Assembly: GCA_013265495.1 (NCBI GenBank)
Contig: MU058289.1
Coordinates: 2,665,451-2,695,023, forward strand
Source of the DNA: Vicugna vicugna
Lineage: Eukaryota
Direction of reading: 5' to 3'
Length of the DNA stretch: 29,573 nt
Shown: piece after piece, positions 11,609 to 22,636 of the stretch
Layout: each line of letters starts with the position of its first letter
Numbering within the stretch: position 1 is the first letter of the stretch
Translations under genes and position numbers: made by a program
Notes under the pieces: model-generated
Database searches by the model: none
The model's input: only the letters and a program-made list of their open reading frames with translations
What the model was told of the DNA's origin: nothing

Positions 11609-11736
11609 TTGCTCGTTGGCTTCAGAGAACAGTACTTCCACCTCATCCAAAACGAGGTGACAGAGTCTAAGGAATAGCAAGCTTTGATACTGGAGAAGCC
11701 TCAGGAGGCTGTGGGGTGTAGTAATAATCACATCGC
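11609..11736 (-). CDS. TDRD12: TDRD12 exon, 128 nt, phase 1->0: (C)[42 protein letters not shown] (motifs Ib and II)
   Basis: Acceptor cttttcaaatgtag, donor CAA|gtgagt. Confidence 0.96.
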
Positions 11737-12232
11737 CTACATTTGAAAAGAAAAAGCAATTAACATTTTAGGTTTCCCACAGGTTTTCCTAACATTGCCT
11801 TTGCTAAGGTTCCGCAGACTTTCTGGAAATGCCTTCTAACGAAATAAAAACCTGTTTTTCTTGCTCAGGTGGGTGAGACAGGAGGCCTGCCCGGGCTAAC
11901 CCTGTCACTGTCTGATTGAACACCTGGGCTCCCACAAGAATTTCAGGTTCTGAAAGGCAGGGGGGCAGTTTTAGTCAACATCTAACAAACAGAAGGTCTG
12001 TAAGTGAATAAATAGTTGATAAATAAATAGACAGTTTTTTCAGTGAAACAGATGTGAGCCAAGACCAAAGCTTCACCACCCTCAGGGATCGGGGACTTGG
12101 TAAGTGAGGTCTGGACTAGTGACGGCTGGCTGATCGCACACGGGCCCCGTGTCGGCGGCAGCTCCAGGCCTGCCTGAGCGGGGCCCACGGTGTCCTCCAG
12201 GGGAAACCAAACACCCTGGAAAGAGTGCTTAC

Positions 12233-12389
12233 ACCCCCTTGGAAGCTTCAGATTTTTGGCTTCGTCTTTGTGGAGTCCGACTGTCAGCAACATAGGATGC
12301 AGCGGCCTGGAGGACGTGCTGTAGTCTCCCAGTAATGCAAAAATAAACTGGGCCTTTTTCCAGCCAGGGCACACGATGATTGCCAGAGG
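12233..12389 (-). CDS. TDRD12: TDRD12 exon, 157 nt, phase 0->1: [17 protein letters not shown]...KNLKLPRG (motif Ia region)
   Basis: Acceptor gtctttgcag, donor GGT|gtaagc; inside ORF 11982..12401. Confidence 0.96.
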
Positions 12390-12595
12390 CTGCAAAGACA
12401 CACAAATTCACGTAATTCTGGACAAAAGTTAGGAAGCAAAGACAGTATATGCACAGCACACACGAATATCTCCTCGCGCGCAGGAATCATCATGCACATT
12501 TTTGCTAACATCACTGTCATACAGGTCAGGGTGGCTCAGTGGAATGGATGTAGGCACGCTGGCTCGCATTTTGCTAGGACGAGTTTAACGACGCA

Positions 12596-12770
12596 CGAGT
12601 ATTAAGTCATTTAGTCCTTAGAGTTCCCTTATAGAGTGAGGCTGATTACCACCTCATTTCATAGATGAGGAACCTAAAGCACAGAGAGGTGAAGTCAGTT
12701 GCTCAAGGCTGCACAGCTATGTCTGGTAGCAACAGGATTTACAGCCAGGTAATCTGGCTCCAGAGCACCT
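12596..12770 (-). mobile_element. MIR SINE
   Basis: Core catttcatagatgaggaacctaaagcacagagaggtgaagtcagttgctcaaggctgcacagct. Confidence 0.9.
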
Positions 12771-13597
12771 ACTCCCAAGCACAAGGATGAACTAACAGCC
12801 TCCTAAAAGGGGACTTTAAAAAGGTTAACCTCTCTTCCTTAGGAGATGAGGGTTCCTATTGCACCACCTGCACCCTGCTCTCCACTATCCCACGCGTATC
12901 ACCTGAAGGTGCACTGCCTGCCCAACACCTTCCTGGACACCCGGCCTCAATTAACTCGAGACAAGAATGAGTCTCCTCTTTCTTTGATGCAGATCCAGGC
13001 AACTACCAGCTTCCAGGGCTCACACCTAAATGCAGGTTGATTGCGGAGAATCAGAAAAAGCAAGATGGACACAAGGGGCAAAACCCAGACATCCCCTTCT
13101 GGCACCGCCAGGGTTCTACCTCAGCACAAGCTGCAGCTCACCAGCAGCGGTCAGCTGCTAACTTACTGAGCAACAGAAATGAATCCATCATAACACAGCC
13201 GATGCAGATTTCCAGAGGGAACTCATTAAACTACATGGCATAATTAGAAAAATAAACCAGTATCTTTCCTAAAATGAAATTCTAAGTTTCTTTTAGTACT
13301 TCCATTTTTCACCTAATAACGAGTGGCAGAACCATCTGTATGTAGTGTATCTTTCTAGATAAGCCCGAGACAAGGGTCTCACACACGAGTTCACACGTGA
13401 GTTCACCTAGCAGCCGAAACCCAGCAAAGCAGACGTCACTCCCCCATCACCATTTGATCCTCACACCCAGTTTCTCTCCTTTCCATCATCCTTCTCAGCT
13501 ATTTTCCAATTCTTACATGTGGGAAGAATAAAGCAGGATTATAAAACAGTGTGGGGTGCTGTGAAAATAATTTATAGAGGACAAGATGGCAAAAAAC

Positions 13598-13760
13598 TGA
13601 AATTCAAATCCCATTTCTTGTTACAGTCATCAGCTTTTAAGAACTTTTACCAGTGACTTCTCATGAGCTTAACGCTCTCATCTATAAAACACTGAAAACA
13701 ATACTGTGGCCTGACCATCTTAAAGGGCTGCCATGACAATCAGATGAATTCAATCAATGA
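13598..13760 (+). mobile_element. MIR-like SINE fragment
   Basis: ttcaaatccc...ctctcatctataaaa...aagggctgccatgacaatcagatga. Confidence 0.55.
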
Positions 13761-13995
13761 AATAATTCTATAAACTGTATATTCATCCCCCAAAAGCCAG
13801 GATTCTCCTGTCCCAGCCGATGGCCCGTAACTAGGGGCTTTCGATAAAAACCAGCGACTGTGTTAAGAGTTTCTCACAGGACAATTTCTGCCCTGCCAGT
13901 TTTAATGTAACGTATGCTTTACCAAAGGTTAGGTGTCAGATATAAAGTAAAAATGTAATCCATTTTATTGCAAAACAAAATTGTCTTCAACTTAC

Positions 13996-14181
13996 TCCGT
14001 TTCTGCTTGGTAATGACTTGTAGCAGGCCCCAGTTTGCAAAATTGTAAGCAATGGTGGAAGGTACAACAGAGGATCATTTCCACAGTGAGAAACGACCAC
14101 CACATCACAGCCACGTGCTATGGGAGGCCAAGAGTAAGACTCAGTGTGGCTGGGTCCCGGAAACTTATTCCTTTGAAGAGC
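13996..14181 (-). CDS. TDRD12: TDRD12 exon, 186 nt, phase 0->0: [62 protein letters not shown] (Q-motif/motif I region)
   Basis: Acceptor gttttgtag, donor GGA|gtaagt; this frame is absent from the ORF track. Confidence 0.95.
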
Positions 14182-14859
14182 CTACAAAACAGCAATGACA
14201 ACCAAAACCACAATAAAGCACAGAAAACCAACAAACGCCTGCTCAGTGTTCGCTTGACCCCAGTGATGAGTACACACTGCTCAGTCTGGTATTTTCCAAG
14301 ACCTAACTTAAATCCCCCTGAATCTTTTCTAGCACCGGACTCCTGCTCAAAGGCTCTTGCTTTTCTGGGCTTCAAACTAAAAGGATCTAACAAGCAGCCT
14401 GCTGATGGACCAGGTGCTTAAAGCTCACCAGAGCAAGGATGCGGCTTCTCCTCTTCCTTCTGATAATCCGCTGGTGCATCAGCTCCACTCATAAAGCTTT
14501 TTAAAAACCTGCCTTTGTTTGCTTATTTTTCTATGTAATTTGTCACCGAAACCTCCCAAATGTTCCACAGAGGAGAGCTTTCCATCCTCACTAGCTTCCA
14601 AAGGGCTGGAGCCATCAGCACCGTTATCTCTGGGGAGGCCCTGGACCCCAGCTGCCATCCTGGGATCCTCCTCCATCACCATTTTCTCTGCAACTTTCTC
14701 GGTTTACTTCCTTGGTTTGGTGGAGAACAAGTTTTGGCAGCTTCTTGACAAAAGCGTACAGAGGAAAAAAAAAAACTGAGACTACAGCATGTCCGAAAAT
14801 GTTTCCGCTCTACCCTCACACGTCACTAATGGTCTGAGTTTAGACCCCTATGTTGAAAA

Positions 14860-15520
14860 TAACTTATCACCAGAATTTCGGAGTCAGGGTTTCTCTGGCA
14901 AACTGTGGAGAAGCTTGAAGTCATTCTGATTCCTGACCCCGCTGCGGGACCAGTTTCTTCTTTCTGGAAGCTTTCATGCTCCCAGAATCCCAAGTTTTAG
15001 ATGCTTCACAGCAACACGTCTATTCACTCGTGCTCCTTCCTCCGTTGTGCTGGATCTGTGGTCGGCAAACTCTTCTAATTTTACAAAGTCATATCCACTA
15101 AGTCTAGGAAGTGTTCACGTGTTATTCTTCTCAGAATTTTCTGCCCTCTTTCGTTATTCTTTCTGGAAATCCCATTGAGACGTGAGACCTCAAACTGACC
15201 CTCAAATTCTCCCCCCCACCCCATTTCCATCTCTTTGTCTTTTTGTTCTACTTTCTGATAGTTAGCTTCTATCTTACCTCTCACATCTAATGTTTTTTAT
15301 TCCTATAGCATTTTGAATTTCTAACAACCCTTTTTCTGGCCATTCCTTTTTTACAGGACCTTGTTATTATTGCTAAATCCATGCAGTATCTTCTCTTATC
15401 TCTGAGGATATTTGTTTTCTTTCGCTCCATACATTGTTTCTTTCAGAGTTTGTTCTGGTCTTTGTTTTGTTTTTTTTTAAGGGGAAGGTTTTCTTCCAGT
15501 GTGCAACAATCCCTGACGTC
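14860..15520 (-). mobile_element. Old L1 ORF1/5' region fragment, sense to TDRD12
   Basis: T-rich plus strand, tctaggaagtgttcacgtgttattctt...ttttgttctactttctg; L1 ORF1-like on the minus strand. Confidence 0.6.
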
Positions 15521-16288
15521 TGTTCACATTGAGGAGGACCCTAAAAGCGGTCTAGATCTGTAGGCAGAGCAAAGCTCACTACCACGTGAGAGTCACATCA
15601 CTGCAGGAAAACAGGCGGCAAGCAGGCATTTTTATTTGCTGGGAGGATTCAAAACAGCATCACCTGAAAGTCATCCTCCAGGGCAATTCAGTTTCTCCAA
15701 ACAGGGCCCCCAGCCTCCTTTCTGAGAAACTGGCCGTGGATGTGCAGGAAGCAGGCTGAGCAAGTTCCCACCCCTCCGCACATCACTCCTCCCTCAATGT
15801 GGTCAGCCATCTCGGATGCCTGCTTCCATCTTCTAAGAGCCTGCAGGAATTTCTTGTCCACTAAAGACTTTGCGCTCATTCTATTCATCCTTGTGGTTTT
15901 ATTTTCCTTTATTAAAAAAATACTTTTTTTATATCAAGAGGTAAGTAGATCTAAGTGAAACCACAGGGCTATAATAAAGCAATTTTGAAAAGAATGCTAA
16001 GTACACTCTAACTGCCCTGACAATTTGCTTTTCTTTCTAAGCCCTCTTCCAGAGGCACACCAGAAAACCCATTGCAGGAAAGCACTTAGGTTTCTCTGCA
16101 AAAGAATTACACACTTATAAGAGGTTAACCTGGACTTACGAATAAATGAGGAATTAACAACACAAGCTTAAAAGAGAACTCCAAAAGCAAAGAAATTATA
16201 CAAATGTAACCTCAGAACCGTTTATTAAAATCTTTCTACGTTAAGACAGGTCAGCACTCCTCCACGAGTGTGGTCTGAGCACCTTCAC

Positions 16289-16396
16289 CTTTCTCAGGTC
16301 TGCGGAGAGTGGCGCCGTGTCAATGGATAAGCAGGGCTCGATCTTGTTCCGCAGCACCACCAAGGGCTGCCGGGAGCCCGACTTCAGCTTCTGCAA
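16289..16396 (-). CDS. TDRD12: TDRD12 exon, 108 nt, phase 0->0: [36 protein letters not shown]
   Basis: Branch-like ctaac then gatcttag acceptor, donor AAG|gtgaag. Confidence 0.93.
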
Positions 16397-16750
16397 CTAA
16401 GATCGCAGGCGTTAGACACCTCTGCCCTGCAGAGTTAGCACAGCACACCAAGAGCCATATGGAGGTTTGATACAAGAAGATACAAGAGCTTGATTCCAAG
16501 GTAAAAACCTAGGTTTATATGATTATCAAAGAAACCACCAAAGCTACCAAAATGAAAGGAAGAGCATCCATCACCCAAATAGAAGAAGGGCAACGTCTCT
16601 AAAGCCATTAATTCACTAGATGATTTCCAGAAGGATGGCATCAGGAAAAGTCCTCCACGTAAGAAATTTCTCATCTAGTGGGAGGAAGGTGAGGGGTTTA
16701 AAGAGTAAACAGTTCTCTTTCTTTTTTGGGGGGAGAGGGAGCTACAATAC

Positions 16751-16811
16751 CTGCTGAAGATCAGAGATTCCATCAGCTCTCAAAGGATCAGGATTTAGAA
16801 ACTGCAATAAT
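16751..16811 (-). CDS. TDRD12: TDRD12 exon, 61 nt, phase 2->0: LLQFLNPDPLRADGISDLQQ
   Basis: Acceptor ctattttacag, donor CAG|gtattg; matches recalled TDRD12 peptide. Confidence 0.95.
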
Positions 16812-18143
16812 CTGTAAAATAGTTAAAAGGATAATTGGACTTTTGAAAAAAACGGTTTATTTTAATTCTTCCTTGACAGAGGCAAAATGAAGTATCTCTC
16901 CCAAGGCATGGCTGCGACATTACTGCTCGATTTGTTTAGCCTTGTCTATTGCAGCACAAGGACTGTGGTGGTCTTGCCAGTCCCGTGCTGCCCCTTCCCC
17001 CTCTGAGCCCGAGCTGTGGACAGAGCATCGCCAATCCCAGGACCACCTGCTCTGGACAAGGAGAAAGGCTGCATGATCACGAGGTCATCTCATGTTTCTT
17101 CAAACAAACTCATTGTCTCCTTCCTTTTCTGCTGTTTAATTCTGAACACCTTCCAGGTTCCCTGGAACCCACAGAATGATACAGTAACTGATGTCGCTTA
17201 ATCAGGGAGTTCGAAGTCAAGGGTATTTAGCTGAAAGAAATGAGCTGCATGGATAATGCAAGGTCTTTTGCTCCTAGGAAAATAACCTCTTGTAGTACCA
17301 CAACTTTCAGGTACTAGGGGGACGGATGCCCAGGGAGGAGGATGTCAACTCTGGTGCATTAACAGCCACCCCTAGACCCACGGGCTCCATGGCAGCATTC
17401 AGAGCCCTCAGCCCTGGACATGGTAAGGAGCTCCTGCTGGGGGAGAGGATGGCACTGGGCCACAGAGTGGCTGCAAGGTTAATACCATCTCCTCAGTCAT
17501 TCCAGGCCAGCTGGTGGATACCTAAACCACTAATGAACCGTCTTAAACACACTGTCACTCTGTGGCTTCTGAGCAGCCGTAGTTACTTGGAATGTAACAG
17601 TGTTTTTAGGCTGGAAGGGTAAGAAATCATAAAAACTGGTAAGAAAATATTTTGTGTATTAAGCAAGTATAAATTGAAGTTATCACCCTATTATTAATAA
17701 CCTGTAAGTGAATACTTTGTGAATCTGGCAGGACAAAACAAAACAAAAATCCCCCACTTTCACACTGCAAATAATTAGTTTCTCCAGCAGGAGGCAGACC
17801 TGTTTAACATCGGAAACTGGGAAGCAAGCTAGCACCAGCCCATATAAAACCAACAGCCTCAAAAGATCGACTGTATCTAATTTGTTTCATAAAACTGCTC
17901 AGGTCACCAAGAGAAGCTGGAGGGGGAGGACGACTGTTTACAGCGGAACAAGCTTCAAACAGGAAAATCAGTGAATGGAAAAGAAAAAGCTTCAAAGCCT
18001 ACAGAAGACACTGTGTATGAATATATTTACTTTATGGGAATGCAGGTTTGAAATTAATAATAAAGTCATACATAAATTCTTCCTGCTTATAATTTTATTA
18101 CAATTATTTCAATAGAACATTTAGGCCAAGAAAAACCCCATAC

Positions 18144-18224
18144 TTCACACAGCCATTCTTCTCATTGTGCTCCCTCTTCTCAGCCAGCCTCAGCGGCTTC
18201 GCAGGTGGCTTCTGGCAGGAAGCG
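18144..18224 (-). CDS. TDRD12: TDRD12 exon, 81 nt, phase 2->2: (S)ASCQKPPAKPLRLAEKREHNEKNGCV(K)
   Basis: Acceptor atttccttctag, donor GAA|gtatgg; phases match both neighbours. Confidence 0.92.
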
Positions 18225-18698
18225 CTAGAAGGAAATCAAAAACCACTTATTAAAGCCTTTAGAGCCCATTTACCCCAATCCTGAAAATATGTTTACTTCC
18301 TGGGAGAAAATTTAAGAAGTACCACTGAGGAACAAGTTGATTAACTGAAGCACATTTTGCGAGAAGTGAAGCGGAGCCCAAGTATGAAAACCGTTCCGCA
18401 GGTCCTGGTGCTGCCAAGAGGAAACAAGCCCACCACAGCCTCCCCCTACGAGCAACGTAGGACGAGGAACAAAACTACAGGGAGAGAAGTCAAAGACCGA
18501 AAGACCAGAACCGTGGAGCGTTTCCTGGCTGCCACCGTCTTCTATTTCTCGGTGTTGACCTGAGGGTGGCCCGAGTCGCAAATCTGTGTAGCAAATGTAG
18601 ACGTCAAAACCCCACAGTCGCTGCTGCCCTTAGTATCTGCAGGGGATTGGTTCCAGGAGCCCCTTGGGTACCAAAATCCGAGGATGCCCCAGTCCTTT

Positions 18699-19235
18699 GG
18701 TAACACAAAAGAACAGCTCTGACTCCATATTAGATCTGTTCCTTTGGCTTTAACCCTGTGCCCTGTTTTCCAGGCTTAGTCTTGCTAGCTCTGCACCTTT
18801 TGTAAAACAATGTTGCCTTTAGCCTGAAATATACAGGAGAGCCTATTCTCAAGGCTCTGATCATTAAGGATGTTAACACTTTTGTGCTTATATAAAGATA
18901 ACAAAGTGCAGAATGGAAAATAAGGTAGTTTTCTTGGAGGTTTACAGGGACACCATGATCTGACCCAGGTGGACAACTGCAAGAACAAAGAACTCCAAGA
19001 ACAAAGAATTCCTACACCAAGAAGTATGCAACAACCAAGCACACTCTCCACCCCTTTTTAGTATAAAAGGAGCCTGAATTCTGACTTGAGTAGGATGGTT
19101 CTCCAAGACAGCAGTCGGCCATCCTCTCGGTCCACTGGCTTTCCGAACAAAGTCATTATTCCTTGCCCCAACACCTCGTCTCCTGATTTACTGGCCTGCT
19201 GTGCGGCGAGCAGAGTAAGTTTGGACTCAGTAACA
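18699..19235 (+). mobile_element. ERV1-class solo LTR (about 537 bp)
   Basis: Ends (g)gtaaca...ggactcagtaaca, TSD cttt at 18695-18698 and 19236-19239, TATAAAA at 19062, U5-like ccttgccccaacacctcgtctc...tactggcctgctgtgcggcgagca. Confidence 0.9.
19062..19068 (+). promoter_or_regulatory. LTR TATA box (TATAAAA), antisense to TDRD12
   Basis: gtataaaagg at the expected U3 position; activity untested. Confidence 0.55.
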
Positions 19236-19849
19236 CTTTGTAAGATGGTGCAGTACAGTCGGCCCTCTGTACCCGAGGGATCTGTGTCAGTGTGGATGTG
19301 TAGCCAGCAGACAGGGAGAGCTGACTGTATTTCAAGCCAGAGAACCAGGAAGAGAAGCCTTAGACCAGAGTGTAAGGAATTCCACTTTCCTCTTTCTCTC
19401 TCCTGGCCCTGCCCCCCAAGACCAGCTCTGAACTCGAGAGAAAACCTCTCCCTTCCTCTAGGGGAAGCAGGTAATGGGGACTGTATGAGAAAAATGTCCA
19501 TCTTCTTCTCTGATTTCTCTGGCTGTTTTGCTCCACAAGCAGCCCCAATCACACAGAACTGCATGGCAGCTTCTCCACAGGAAACCATCTATCTGATCAG
19601 AGGAACAAGGAGAGGGAGCATCTAGAAAATGGTGAATGTGGGGAATATCAAGGGGAAAAAAAACAGCTGGAGGGGAGGGGGACCTTCTATTTCTGTTTAT
19701 GACCCAACATAACCCCTAAACCCCTGGCTCAACCCAAGTCGAGCACGTTCAGGACAGACCTGAAGCAGCGTACCGAAGACGGGGAAACAGCACTGCCATC
19801 ACCACCCACAGCAGGGGAGACAGAACTTGAGGTCTGAACCTTCAGGGGG

Positions 19850-21230
19850 TGATGACCTCCTGCTAAAACAAACAGCAAAAACAACAGAAGCAGCGTTCTC
19901 CAGAGGATTCTAACAGAAACAAGAGTCTCACACCATAATATTCAAAATATTCAGAATACAATCCAGAAGTACTTGTTCATACAAACAACCAGGAAAACTA
20001 GATGGACTGTAGAGGGAAAAGGCAATGGACAGATGCCAACCCCGAGATGGCTGTGAAGTGGGGATTATCAAACACCGTGAAGTAGGCGTTATAACCATGC
20101 TCCGCAAGACGAGGGAAGGTGAGCACTCCTGAATGGAGCAATGAAAGCTCTCAACAAAGAATATCAAAAAAACACATAAAAGGAAGGGATAGACTGGGAC
20201 TTCAAAATTGTAGAATAGATAAACAAGATTACACTGTATAGCACAGGGACATATACACAAAATGTTATGATAAATCACAGAGAAAAAAAATGGTCACACT
20301 AAAAAAAAACATAAAAATTTCAGAACTGAAAAATAAATAAGAAATTCACTAGATGGGCTCAACAGCAGAACAGAGACAGAAGAGACAGATTAAAGATAAA
20401 TTAGAATTATTGATCTGCAGAATAGCAAGAAAAAAAGAGGTGAAAAAGTGAACAGAACCTTAGGGACATTTGTCTCATCGGAGTCTCAAAAGAAAAGGAG
20501 AAAGAGAGGGATGCAGAAAAAATATTTGCAGAAAGACAGCTAAATGTCACGTACCAAATGTGATGAAAGACAGAAACCTACAAATGAAGAACCCCAAAGA
20601 ACCCCAAGCATAAGATACATGAGAGAACCTACAGCAAGGCATATGATATTTATGTTGCTCAAACCAGCAATAAAGAGAAATTCCTGAAAGCAGAAGAAAA
20701 AGCCATGCTGCAAACAGAGGAACAAAGCAAAAAGACAAATGACAGATGTGGCACTGGGAGCAACAGGAGCAGGCAACGGTGGACTGACATCTTTAAAACG
20801 CAGGGGAAAAAAACTTTCAACCTAGGATTCCATACCTAGCAAAGTTTTTTTTTAAAAATAATTTTTCAGACATACAAAAGCTGAAAGAATTAATCACCAG
20901 CAGACCCACATACAAGAAACAGTAAATGAAGTCCTGCAGGTAGAAGGCAAATGATACCAGATGGAAATGTGGATCTACATAGAAAGTGAAAGCATCGATG
21001 GTAATAACTACATAGGTAAAAATATAAGGTATCTTTTCCTGTTATTTATTTAAGCCCCTCTAAAAGAAAGCCAACTGTTTAAATACAACTGATAATAGAG
21101 TCTCGCATTTATAACAAATGTATAAATAAAATGTATGACAACACTAGCATAAGGTCCTGGAGGGGAAAAACAGAAGCATCCTAATTTTAAGGTCTTAACA
21201 TTGCACGTGAAGTGTGAAATAGTACACCCT
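19850..21230 (+). mobile_element. Old L1 ORF1 region and inter-ORF sequence
   Basis: aaattcactagatgggctcaacagcagaa, tcaacctaggattccatacctagcaaa, tcaccagcagaccc...gaagtcctgcagg; many stops. Confidence 0.85.
20182..20300 (+). mobile_element. Short younger L1 3'-end fragment inserted in the old L1
   Basis: gggatagactgggac...atagataaacaagattacactgtatagcacaggga resembles artiodactyl L1 3' ends; flanked by aaaaaaa(c/a)acataaaa at 20166-20181 and 20301-20316. Confidence 0.7.
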
Positions 21231-21632
21231 TTCTGTGATTTCATTAATATCACTGACATGTCTTGATGAGGACGGTTATAGTCAAAGTCTTTGATGCTCA
21301 TCTTCAAGCATGTAACAAATGATTCTTTGCTTTTTACCAACTTGTACTGCCAGCTGACCCACATTTACCCATTCTTTACATCAAGACAACTTCATGGGAC
21401 CTTACAGAAACAGCTCTGTCCGACAACATCACCGGAAGACTCTAGAACCACTACCAGCTTTTGGTCAACCTGTGCTACTTAGCCAGTTGTCACAATATTT
21501 TTCTTTTAAATTAATATATGTTAAATCAAAACTCCCAGGGCCACTCTTTTTTTGAAACTGAGTGTTTTCCTGTCATCAATCTTACAGAACACGCTGTAAG
21601 ACAATGTATTACGCTGACTTTTCACATCATAC

Positions 21633-21709
21633 CTTGCTGCTGGTATATCTGGATCAGCATATATGGTTATGCCTCTTTTTGACGGCCAGTACACTGAAGA
21701 TTTCACATA
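21633..21709 (-). CDS. TDRD12: TDRD12 exon, 77 nt, phase 0->2: YVKSSVYWPSKRGITIYADPDIPAA
   Basis: Acceptor ttttttttacag, donor AAG|gtatga; inside ORF 21521..21844. Confidence 0.95.
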
Positions 21710-22253
21710 CTGTAAAAAAAAAATTGCAGAAAGAATATGCATGCTAGCAAGATACATATTCTTAGGAATCAAAATTCCATTAGAGTTAGTCTCACAGACA
21801 ACCATCCCAGATAATGTTCCGGCAACATGGATACAGAGAGACAAAGAACTGGGTGATTATGCCACTGCTGTAACCACCGGGTTGTGTCTGTCCAAATAAC
21901 AGGCAGCCAGCATTTCAGATAACCAGTATTTAAAACGTCCTCTAATTACTTTTACCTGTCTTGTCAAAGGGACTGGAGGAACAGGTTAAACTTGAACTAT
22001 TAGAGTGTCCCATAATCTCTGATTTTTACACCCTTGTTAAAATGCGAATATATACCCAACTGTGTGGAGAGGCCAGCAAGCCAAGAAGAAAGTCTTGACA
22101 AGAGGGGAGCTGGAGTTACCCTGTTCTTCGGAAAGACAGTAAATGTGAATGAAATCATTGTAGCCATATGGTTCCTAGCAGATTTTAAAGGAGAATATTC
22201 CTAAAATGAACATTACATGAACTTCGTATTTAATGAACATTTACAAATACAAC

Positions 22254-22348
22254 CTTATTTACATCTTTTAAAGAGATGCACTGCTGGTTCTTTTCAGGTG
22301 TTTTTTTAGGTGAACTCAGTGAATCCGCATTACATTTTATAGTTTTAC
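22254..22348 (-). CDS. TDRD12: TDRD12 exon, 95 nt, phase 1->0: KTIKCNADSLSSPKKTPEKNQQCISLKDVNK
   Basis: Acceptor ttattttgcag, donor AAG|gttgta; resembles recalled human KAVKCNMDSL...HCISLKDTNK; not in ORF track. Confidence 0.9.
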
Positions 22349-22636
22349 CTGCAAAATAAAAAAAGTAATAAAAACTATCTTAGAAAACATTATTAACTAG
22401 AAAATAGGACAAAAAGGATTATATTGAAAAAAGTAGTACCATAAAATTTTTTTTTATTAATCTCGAACTCCCAATTCACCATAAAATCCTAATACATAAA
22501 ATTATGGAATAGGGCTTTGTATTAAACTTTACTTGAGGTGATTAAATTTTAAAATCTTATTTCAACCCTTATTATTTAAAAAAGTTGAAAAAAATTCCTT
22601 TACTGGCTTAGTAAGAATTAAACATAATTCCCAGCT

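Larger units (their letters stand above)
18615..19327 (+). mobile_element. TcMar-Tigger MITE (MER2/MER2B-like) split by an LTR
   Basis: Left half gtatctgcaggggattggttccaggagcccc...taccaaaatccgaggatgc; right half cagtacagtcggccctctgtaccc...gagagctgactg followed by TA. Confidence 0.85.
740..22348 (-). other. TDRD12: TDRD12 gene body (partial): 15 internal coding exons, gene continues beyond both window ends
   Basis: Spliced translation matches recalled mammalian TDRD12 (e.g. [66 protein letters not shown]). All 14 introns are GT-AG and phases chain without frameshift. Confidence 0.96.

Noticed and set aside
17151..17169. Small hairpin ttccagg-ttc-cctggaa
   Set aside because: A 7-bp stem is expected by chance in 30 kb.
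16812..18143. Acceptor-like sites in a repeat-poor intron (near 17230, 17610, 17950)
   Set aside because: The first two hit stops within ten codons in the required phase and none has a convincing paired donor; not supportable without RNA data.
19058..19625. Overlapping 176-aa and 179-aa ORFs on opposite strands
   Set aside because: They run across LTR, MITE and flanking sequence with no recognisable gag/pol/env or other domain.
740..22348. TDRD12 as a pseudogene because of broken helicase motifs
   Set aside because: All 15 exons splice in frame with canonical sites and no stops.
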